NCBI GenBank assembly: GCA_951406725.2
Contig: OX597836.1
Span: 45,136,001 to 45,200,000 of the forward strand
Origin: Octopus vulgaris
Lineage: Eukaryota
Length of the DNA: 64,000 nucleotides
Direction: 5' to 3'
Position numbers and translations under genes: made by a program. Numbering within the stretch: the first letter of the stretch is position 1; every line of letters starts with the position of its first letter. The notes beneath the pieces were generated by a model. That model was not told where the DNA came from. It ran no database searches and saw nothing but the letters and a program-made list of their open reading frames with translations. Positions 1 through 10,071 of this stretch are shown in pieces.

Positions 1-1116
1 TAGTAACAGTATGCCCATTGTTGCTTAACTCCAGGATAGCCTTGATCCAACAGACCTGAGATCAAAAGGAATACCAACTATGATTTGGCATCCGTGCTAG
101 TGGAGTGCTAAGAGCACCATCCGAGCGTGATCGTTGCCAGAGCAGCTGACTGGCTTCCATGCCAGTGGCACATAAAAAGCACCATTTGAGCGGGATTGTT
201 ACCAGCATCGCCTCACTGGCACTTGTGCCAGTGCCGCTGGACTGGGTCCTGTGCAGGTGGCACGTAAAAGTACCCACTAAATTCTCGGAGTGGTTGGCGT
301 TAGGAAGATCATCCAGCTGTAGAAAATCTGCCAGATCAAGACTGGAGCCTGGTGCAGCCATCTGGTTCACCAGTCCTCTGTCAAATTGTCCAACCCATGA
401 TAGCATGGAAAGTGGACGTTGATCATGATGAAGATCATCATTTAGTGTGTGTTTTCCTTGCTGGCATGGGTAAGACAGTTTGACTGGAACTGATAAGCCA
501 GAGAGCCTTACCAGGCTCCAGTCCGCTTTGGCTTGGTTTCTACAGCTTGATGCCCTTCCTAATGCTTACTCCACAGAGTGTACTGGGTGTCTTTTAAGTG
601 TCCCAGCACAAGTTCCTTTTATGTGACACCAGCACAGGTGCCTGGACTAAAAGGGACCCCCATTAGTCATGAATGACCGTGGAATTGCATCTAGAAAGTT
701 ACCCTCTGAGGCCCAAGTTCAGGCAAGGTTGTATCATCTGATCTATGTTTATGGAAAGCCAGCAGTCGGCCATGCATACCAGCCTCCCCGCTCTGCACCA
801 CCAATATTATCCAAGGGAAAAGGCAAAGGCTGATGATGCACGACACCAGTAATGTCACAAATTATTTCTACAGCTGAGTGAACAGGAGCAATGTGATAAA
901 GTGTCTTGCTCAAGAACACAACACACAGCCCAGTCCAGGAATCAAACTCACTACCTCATGTGAACCCGACACTCTAACCGCTGAGCCATGCACCTTCATG
1001 GGTGCCTGGACTACATTAACTAATATACCCGTATATGTTTTGCCAGTAGGAACCAAATGACCATGAAGGGGTTTGGTCCCTAATAAGTGTGTTTAAAACC
1101 CTACAAATAATGTTAA

Positions 1117-1832
1117 CCCTTTCGTTACTGTATTTATTTTGAGATGCTCTGTGTTTCTTTCACTTACTTTAAATATAACAAAGAATTTAGTAAAATAACT
1201 TAGTTATCATTAAGCTAGTGTTAGGAACATAAATTGTGACTAAGGTTTGGTGGAAGATATTAATTCAAAACTTATGAAAACAAGACATTTGTTTTACAGA
1301 GCCAGAGCTGGTTTCAACTGGGTTGGTATCAGAAGGGTTAATTATAACAAAGAATTTAGTAAAATAACTTTGTTATCATTCAGCTAGTTTTAGGAACATA
1401 AATTGTGACTAAGGTTTGGTGGAAGATATTAATTCAAAACTTATGAAAACAAGACATTTGTACTACAGAGCCAGAGCTGGTTTCAGCCGGCTTGGTATGA
1501 AAAGGGTTAAATATAACAAAGAATTTAGTAAAATAACTTAGTTATCATTAAGCTAGTGTTAGGAACATAAATTGTAACTAAGGTTTGGTGGAAGATTTTA
1601 ATTCAGAATTTTTGAAAACAAGACATTTGTTTTACAGAGCCAGAGCTGGTTTCAACTGGGTTGGTATCAGAAGGGTTAATTATAACAAAGAATTTAGTAA
1701 AATAACTTAGTTATCACTAAGCTAGTGTTAGGAACATAAATTGAGACTAAGATTTTAATTCAAAACTTATGAAAACAAGACATTTGTACTACAGAGCCAG
1801 AGCCGGTTTTGGCCGGGTTGTTAACGAAAGGG
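1117..1832. mobile_element. piggyBac-type MITE with four tandem copies of its ~170-bp right part
   Basis: TTAA|CCCTTTCGTTAC ... TTAACGAAAGGG|TTAA; each internal unit ends AGGGTTAA. Confidence 0.8.
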
Positions 1833-2465
1833 TTAAGAGAGGGTCACATGGGTTGACATGCTTTGTAACCATGAATTGTATTCCTATGTTTCACCCTAGG
1901 TCCAACACTTTGGTTCTGTAGACCTGTAAATCAGGTGATACAACTTTACAAACTTTGAACATACCATGCTACAATGGTAGGGTAGAATGTGGCATATTTT
2001 TTTATTGTTTAATCAGGAGAGAAGGGCTTTGTGAGAAAGAGACCAGAAATCTGGCCTAAATGCTTGCAACAAAATGAATTCAGCTAAAGGTATCAAGGGC
2101 TGGCTAGAAGGGTATCAAGGATGGGTGATGGGTAGACTTAATCCATCATTAAACTGGTCAATGGATTAAGACAAGGAAGCCAGGATTGGATTTCCAAGAG
2201 ACAGACCCCATAAAATACAAGGTATACAGTCCAACAACGACCAGTGTCGCCGGTTAGCACTTTATCAACTCCCGAAGGACGAAAGGTAAAGTTGACCCTT
2301 GGTCAGATTTTAACTCTAAATGAAAGGATTTGGAATAAATACCACAAAGCCATTTTGTCCCATATTTAATGATTCTGCTAAAGTCACTGTCAAGTGATTT
2401 AGAGTTGGGGGTAAAGCAACAAAAACAATAAAAAAGAATAAATGCAAACACAAAAAAAAACTATA

Positions 2466-3004
2466 CAGTAACCCCTCATCATATCGCGGTTCACCTATCG
2501 CAGTTTATTTTTTAAGCTTACGTCAAATTCGTCCGTGGTGTTGTTTTGCATTTGTGATCACCGTGATCGACCAGACAATCAGATGTTGCTACACATCGCT
2601 GGTCACAATGCGCTTCGCATTGTTTTAGCCTTCAAATAACACCACCCCGCTGACTAAGCGAGCAGGCCAACAGAAGAAAGAGAGAGAGAAAGTTGTGGCG
2701 AAAGAGTACAGCAGGGATCGCTACCACCCCATGCCGGAGCCTCGTGGAGTTTTCGATGTTTTCGCTCAATAAACATTCACAACGCCCGGTCTGGGAATCG
2801 AAACCGCGATCCTACGACTGCGAGTCCGATGCCCTAACTACTGGACCATTGCGCCTCCACTGCATTTATAATAAAATAAGTATATACAAATTATAAAAAT
2901 AATATAAAAAATATGCAGTATACAGTACTGTATCTGCTTTGCTGATTTTCACCTATCGCAGGGGGTTTCGGAATATAACACCTGCGATAGTCAAGGGATT
3001 ACTG
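2466..3004. mobile_element. Tc1/mariner-pogo-type MITE interrupted by a SINE
   Basis: TA|CAGTAACCCCT ... AGGGATTACTG imperfect TIRs. Confidence 0.6.
2554..2860 (-). mobile_element. tRNA-derived SINE (family D, tail type A)
   Basis: Head GTGGAGGCGCAATGG...GGTTTCGATTCCC (A/B boxes); 7-bp TSD TGCATTT. Confidence 0.85.
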
Positions 3005-3032
3005 AATGTCAAAGAAACAAAAATGGTCTCAC

Positions 3033-3081
3033 CACTTCTGTGATGTCTCCAGTCTGGAATTTGCTCTGAAGATCTTTTACA
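3033..3081 (-). CDS. Unidentified gene, second coding exon (gene continues beyond window start)
   Basis: Acceptor gtttcttgtttttctctag; the first base completes Ile, then VKDLQSKFQTGDITEV; donor gtgaga. Phase matches the 8080-8150 exon. Confidence 0.6.
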
Positions 3082-3160
3082 CTAGAGAAAAACAAGAAAC
3101 AAAAGTTGGTTAGTCCACATAATTCTGTAAGAAGCATGGGGCAAGTTTCCCAGCTTCTCT

Positions 3161-3218
<58 letters not shown>

Positions 3219-3232
3219 CACACATATATACA

Positions 3233-3365
3233 CTTTATTTAAAGCAGCAGAAAATTCAACAAAACCTGTTACTCTGAGTTTCCCGTTGTAAAAACTGTCC
3301 GATGAACGGCAACGGGAACCTCAGAGTAACAGGTTTTGTTGAATTTTCTGCTGCTTTAAATAAAG
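3233..3365. repeat. 56-bp inverted repeat element with hammerhead-like motif
   Basis: Arms 3233-3288 and 3310-3365 differ at one base; next to (TA)n. Confidence 0.85.
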
Positions 3366-3434
3366 CATATTACTCTACCACTGGTATTTGAGTACTCTTT
3401 TTTCCACCTTGTTTCACATTTATGTGTTTACTCC

Positions 3435-3480
<46 letters not shown>

Positions 3481-3594
3481 TAATCCAAACAAGAAAACAC
3501 AGAAAAAAAGAGAAAAAAAAAGAGAAAAAACACAGCAACGCAGGACGTGGAACAATTAAAGTATTATTGACGCTCAGGAAAGAAGGGAAGGAGG

Positions 3595-3629
3595 GTTTAA
3601 CGTTTCGAGCGGAGCTCTTCGTCGGAAAC
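3595..3629 (-). ncRNA. Minimal type I hammerhead-ribozyme-like motif (variant core)
   Basis: Minus strand reads GTTT-CCGACGA-A-GAGC-TCC-GCTC-GAAA-CG-TT-AAAC. Confidence 0.55.
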
Positions 3630-3702
3630 AAGAAGGAAAGATCCCAAGGAGGGAAGACAGAGGAGAAAATATTTGAGCTGGTGGTGCTTAAGAGATCACA
3701 TG

Positions 3703-3737
<35 letters not shown>

Positions 3738-4146
3738 ATGTATATATATCACATGTTATATATATATATATAATTTAATAAATAGATCACATGTTATATA
3801 TATATATAATTTAATAAATAAAATATATGCATACATACATATATATATGTACGTACCTACATCTACATGTATATATACATGCATATATAAATATATATAT
3901 GTGAGTACAGGACACCACAAATAGACGTAGAACTCAATGAGAAACGAAAACGTAAAAACAAACATGGAAACGGACCTTTTTTTTTAACAACGAAAAAACA
4001 GAGTACAAGACAAACAACACAAGGAAAATTCCCTTCATCAGCTGTCCCTAGTTCGACTCCATGTGTGTTTCGAAGGTAAGGACAGAACACGACTCGTCGA
4101 ACTAGCCCTTCCTGCGAAAGAATTAAATAAAATTCCTCCAAGTAAG

Positions 4147-4183
<37 letters not shown>

Positions 4184-4218
4184 CTAAAATAATACGTGAC
4201 AATTATTCGGTAGCCAAG

Positions 4219-4277
4219 ATAAAACTCTGAGTTTCGGATGCCGAGGTGAAAATCCACACCACCATCTCTTCAGTTAT
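4219..4277 (-). ncRNA. Type I hammerhead-ribozyme-like motif
   Basis: Minus strand reads ATAA-CTGAAGA-GATG..GGTG..CACC..CATC-C-GAAA-CTCAGAG-TT-TTAT. Confidence 0.55.
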
Positions 4278-4649
4278 ATATATATTCCACCCAGGACAGG
4301 ATGCTTGTCCATTGCAGGATTACTCACTTTTACCAGCTGAGTGGATTGGAGGAGTGTGAAATGAAGGGTTTTGCTCAAGAATACAACACCTCACCAGGTC
4401 CAGGAATCGGAACAACAACCTTACACTCAGGATTCCAAAACCCTAACCACTAAGCCATGTGCCTCCACATGCACAGGAATGGTCTGTGTAAACCAGAGCA
4501 AAGTACAAGCTGGCCCCTACTGCCTGGTGAGATTCATGAAATGATAGAATGAACTGATATAAATGTGTTTATGTGTGGGAGAAGAGAGAGGTTAAGATAA
4601 GGGGTGAGACTCCCCAGTGAATACATTCATCACCAAGAAAAACAAGTCG

Positions 4650-4850
4650 GCTGTGCCCAATGCGTCCATGCTGCCAACAAAGCACGCGGAGTTCTGTTTT
4701 TGATTCGACAGTCATTCGGAATGATCACAGCAGCCATATTCCTACTGCTCTATGTCACGCTGGTGAGACCCATATTGGAGTACGGGAGTCAAGCCTCTTC
4801 TCCTTATCTCCTCAAAGACATACAGCATCTCAAAAGAGTCCAGAAGTTGT
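4650..4850 (+). mobile_element. CR1-clade LINE ORF2 fragment
   Basis: AANKARGVLFLIRQSF...LLYVTLVRPILEYGSQASSPYLLKDIQHLKRVQK. Confidence 0.8.
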
Positions 4851-4926
4851 GGCTTTATTTACTCCATGTACCCAGATTTTGTGGACACCCTGGAGACTAA
4901 AACCAGCATTGGTTAATTGAAGACAC

Positions 4927-5190
4927 ATGCAGTCTAACCATGCCCCAGCATACACTGCTAATGCGACCAGGTGCAAACTTGAGAAGCTGCAAGTGCTGCC
5001 TTACCCTGCATACGGTCCTCACCTTGCACCATTAGATGACCTTTTCTGGGCCAACAATGAGGATGAGGTTGAAAATGGGTTTAGGGAATTTTTGGCCTCT
5101 AAACCAGCCAAGTGGTATAAGGGTGGAATTGAGCTTTTGGCACAACAATAGTAACAGACAATAGAATATGATGGGGTATATGTCGCTGAA
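4927..5190 (+). mobile_element. Degraded mariner transposase C-terminal fragment
   Basis: NHAPAYTA...VLPYPAYGPHLAP resembles DNAPAH...LPHPPYSPDLAP; followed by EFLASKPAKWYKGGIELL. Confidence 0.75.
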
Positions 5191-8079
5191 TAAAGAATAA
5201 ACACTTTTCATATGTAATTTGTCTCAACTGTTAATTAAAGGTTTTAAATATGTAAAAAAAACTTTTGTGTTTACTCTTACTCTTTTACTTGTTTCAGTCA
5301 TTTGACTGTGGCCATGCTGGAGCACCGCCTTTAATCGAGCAACTCGACCCCGGGACTTATTCTTTTGTAAGCCCAGTACTTATTCTATCGGTCTCTTTTT
5401 GCCGAACTGCTAAGTAACGGTTTATTTATTTATTGCTGAAGACTTAACCCGTCTGGCACAGTTGCACACGGTACCCAAACTCTCTTATAAAGTTGTTGGT
5501 GATGGGAAAGGGTACCCAGCTGTACAATCTCAATAAGAAATGCTTTGAATTGTGAAGACCTGTCTAACCCACAGCAGCATGGAAGGTGGATATAAAAATG
5601 ATGATGGCGTTAGGAAGGGCATCCAGCTGTAGAAACTCTACCAGATCAGACTGGAGCCTGGTGCAGCCTCCTGGCTTCCCAGATCCCCGGTCGAACCGTC
5701 CAACCCATGCTAGCATGGAGAATGGACGTTAAACGATGATAATGATGGTGATATATGGAAGGTTGGTATTAATATGATGTGTCTGAAGGACAAGTTAGGG
5801 AACGGAACTGTCAAGTAACTCAAGAAAAAGGCGGAAGTGATGAAGTTTGATTTCAGAGTGATGGACCTTCACAATGGGCATCTTGAACAAAAGTAACAAG
5901 TGAGGAGACATTCAAATATTGGTTTCAAATTTTGGCACAAGGCCAGCAATTTCAGTGAAGAGGATAAGATGACTAGATCGACCCTCAGTGCTCAACTGGG
6001 ACTTATTTTATCAACTCCAAATGGATGAAAGCCAAAGTTGACCTCAGTGGAATTTGAACTCAGAACGTAAAAACAGACGAAATACCTATTTCTTTACTGC
6101 CCACACGGGGCTAAACACAGAGGACAAACAAGGACAGACAGACAGATTAAGTCGATTATATCAACCCCAGTGCGTAACTGGTGCTTAATTTATCGACCCC
6201 GAAAGGATGAAAGGCAAAGTCGACCTCGGCGGAATTTGAACTCAGAACGTAACGGCAGACGAAATACCGCTAAGCATTTTACCTGGTGTGCTAACGATTC
6301 TACCAGAACGGATCAACTAGGACACTCAACGTCATAACCGAAAATAGAAAACTGGATGTAATACTCAAGGCTAATCACCATCATCATCATTTAACGTCCG
6401 CCCTCCATGCTAGCACGGGTTGAACGGTTCGACCGGGGCCTGGGAAGCCAGAAGGCTGCACCAGGCTCCAGTCTGATCTGGCAGTGTTTCTACAGCTGGA
6501 TGCCCTTCCTAATGCCAACCACTCCGTGAGTGTAGTGGGTGCTTTTTACGTGCCACCGACACGGACACCAGTCGAAGAGGCGCTGGCATCGGCCACGTTT
6601 GGCTGGTGTTTTTTACGTGCCACCGACACGGGTATCACAACTACAATTTCCATTTGATTTTTATTTTGATGTACTTGACTCAAATACCATGTAGATATGG
6701 ACACTAAATATATATGTTAAATTGAGATGCCAGTGTTATTTTCATTTTTGCGTAATTTAGACGACAGTTTATTCACCGCACTTTGTCTATATATATAGGT
6801 TCGTTTCCATCATTTGAGTTACCATTTCAGATAATCTCCCTAAGATAAAACCCTATTTATAAAGATGTGGTGTTATGCAGAGCGAGAAAGACTAACAAGT
6901 GTTATGTGTTCTATACGGACGTTAATTAGTTGCTTTAGTCCATATAATGTTACAACTTTCGTACCATTTCCGCTTTTCTGAAAAAAGGAGCCTCTACAAG
7001 GTCAGTGAAACTGCTAGAAATAGCAACTCGATCCCTCTTAAATCACACCCTACTGTCTTAAAAGAGAAATATATATTATATATATATTATAATAGGGACC
7101 CAGACAAACCTGAAAAGAAAAAAATACCAGAAATGTTTTTAATCGTAGGTCAGTTTAAGCAGGGCTGCCTCGGATTTAAACAGATTAAACAGAAAGCTGG
7201 ATCATTTAAAGCTAGATTCTTTTTCTATTCTCATTTTAAATAGTTTAATTTATTAATATTATTATTATTAATGCCATTGAGAAAGGAATTGCGCCATGGT
7301 TTCCCACTTTTTTCTTCTATTTCCTTGAAATCTCAAGTTTAATGATTCTAAGCACCGTTGTTGTTTACTTTTTCCCGCGTTATTCTTACGAATGTTGGTA
7401 GTGTGCATATACAGATATATATATGTTTCTTTATTACCCACAAGGGGCTAAACACAGAGGGGACAAACAAGGACAGACAAAGGGATTAAGTCGATTACAT
7501 CGACCCCAGTGCGTAACTGGTACTTAATTTATCGACCCCGAAAGGATGAAAGGCAAAGTCGACCTCGGCGGAATATATATAGATATATAAACGTGTGGGT
7601 TAGATACTATTGACTCCGAATACAGTCCATTTCCATGCACACAAATATTCTTTGTAAATTGAGCTTAAAAGTTTTGGCGATCTTTCGCCAATTATCATTC
7701 GGTAATTATAAGAGAGCAAAGCAGGACTAGAATTCCGTGAATTAAGTTTTAACGTGTGTATACAGATAAATATATACATCCGTTAGATGCATATACGTAT
7801 ATTTATAAAATATACACACGATATAAAATAAAAGGCAACAGACATATGTGACTGTATCAAAGAATTATATATGGGTACTTGTAGCAAGTACCTTATATAT
7901 GTATAAAATCAGTATATGTGTATGTATGGAATTATATCCATGTGCATTTTAGTCTTTCTGTGAGGTTTTTAAGCGCTAGAATTCGGGGTTTTGTTGGGCA
8001 ATTTTGAATGAAGATCGCACCGAACTTTTAATATTCAATACATATGATTTTTATTAAATAAATCAAAAATCGGACTTAC

Positions 8080-8150
8080 ATTTTATTGGATTCCCTAAGT
8101 TTTGGCGAAGATATTGTAGTCTTTGAGATTGACGAAGTCCTAGAAGGCAT
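8080..8150 (-). CDS. Unidentified gene, first coding exon
   Basis: ATG at 8150 gives MPSRTSSISKTTISSPKLRESNK + AT|gtaagt (phase 2), in unique, relatively CpG-rich sequence. Confidence 0.6.
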
Positions 8151-9478
8151 TCTGGTGTTTTGTTTTAGATCGTGAAAGGTGGTGGTTTTTAAAGAAACAG
8201 CTCGGTGCCCCCCACAAAAGAAAGCTGACTGTTTAAGAGGGAGACGTCGGAGGCAAGGATCAGTGGTCGATGAAGGAGAAAAGAAAAAAAGTTTCCAGAA
8301 ACACACCACCAAGAATAAAAAGACTCGCACACATACGATATATATATATACACAATCAAATAATAACAATAACAAAAACGAGAAGTTTTCTTGAACTTCT
8401 GAAATTAATCAGAAGAAAATAAATAACATTGTCCTCAAAGCTTCCCGCCTTATTTCTGGATTAGTCCATTGTCAGTTGTCAGAAAGGGGTGTACAGCGTG
8501 TTAACCAGCAGCAAAATTATGAACGACAACAGTTGTGAGGGCGAACATTTTTTAAAAATTCTAGTCCGAATATTTCACTGAAATATTAAATCGACCTTAG
8601 TTCTTGACCAGTTTATATTTTATCGATTTCCCCTCGGCGGGGATAAAGGCAAACTTGACCTCCACAGGATTTGAACTCAGCCCGTAAAGGACAGTAACGT
8701 CATACAACAGCAAGGTATTTGACCTGACGTTTTTGTGGACCTTTCGACATTTTTGACCCTCATTCTCAGGGTGTTGTAAAGAAAACCCTTTTGTTCAACA
8801 AAAGACACTTAATTTCACTGCCACCTTAGATATATATATATATACTCTTTACTCTTTTACTTGTTTCAGTCATTTGACTGTGGCCATGCTGGAGCACCAC
8901 CTTTAATCAAGCAACTCGACCCCGGGACTTATTGTTTTGTAAGCCCAGTACTTATTCTATCGGTCTCTTATGCCGAACCGCTATGTGACGGGGACGTAAA
9001 CACACCAGCATCGGTTGTCAAGCGATGTTGGGGGGGGCACATATACATATATATGCTGGGCTTCTTTCAGTTTTCGTCTGCCAAATCCATTCACAAGGCT
9101 TTGGTCGGCCCGAGGCTATAGTAGAAGACACTTGCCCAAGGTGCCACGTAGTGGGACTGAACCTTGAACCATGTGGTCGGTAAGCAAGCTACTTACCCTC
9201 ACAGCCACAGAGAGAAGGAGAGATAAGGTTTGATGATGCAGACACTAAAGTCAAACCTAAACTATTTATTTATCGAAAATTTAGATAATTTAATAATTAC
9301 TTCTATAACACATAGGGATATGATACATATATGATATAATATACAGAACCCAAAACACGAATGTATATTAAAAATCAGCAGTAGAGTGGCTCTGAGACGG
9401 AGAGTTTCGTGACAAGCCCCAACGCACGAAACTCTCGACCTTTGAGTCACTCTGTAACTTCTGCGGATTAAATATATA

Positions 9479-9888
9479 GGAGCTTTTCGGTTTGAACGGC
9501 AGTTTTTTAAAATAATTTCCACGTAACTAAACACTTTTAAAATTCGTATACTGGTAGAATGTGTTAATAAAACATCTTTTTCTCTTGGCTTTATTGAGAA
9601 AATTCTATAGTTTGTAAGATATTTGTTGTTGTTTTTCTTCAGTTTCTGCAATTTCAACCAATCAATGACGTCTATGAGGTAAAAAAACATTCTGTGCCGT
9701 ATGAGTATGTCCCTCGTTTAAGAAACAGATTGGGTTTATTTACATTTCTGAAGAAAAAAAGATACCCTTCCCCCACCCCTAACCCTAAAACAGATTGAAA
9801 TGCAATAGATCGATACTAGGGTCATAATTATGGATAACAATTTCATATGACACCGCTAGAAAAACTGCCGTTCAAACCGAAAAGATCC
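9479..9888. mobile_element. ~410-bp MITE with GG..CC termini and 8-bp TSD (Merlin-like)
   Basis: TIR GGA(G/T)CTTTTCGGTTTGAACGGCAGTTTTT; TSD AATATATA. Confidence 0.9.
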
Positions 9889-10071
9889 AATATATATATA
9901 TATATCAAAATTGGGGAAGGCCGGTTTATGGGATTAACTTAGGTTTCCCGCCCACAAAGGGTTTATCTATGGCTTATCATCAAATCCCAAAAACCTGTTG
10001 GTCCATCACCTCTTAAAAATGGACAGGAAACCTAAGGTAATTTTATAAACCGGCCTTCCCCAATTTTACTA

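Noticed and set aside
4028-4110. CTGATGA and GAAAC..GTC on the minus strand
   Set aside because: Core pieces are in the wrong order or incomplete; at most a decayed relative of the hammerhead elements.
9778-9790. CCCTAA telomere-type repeats
   Set aside because: Only 2-3 units and part of MITE internal sequence; not a telomere or fusion site.
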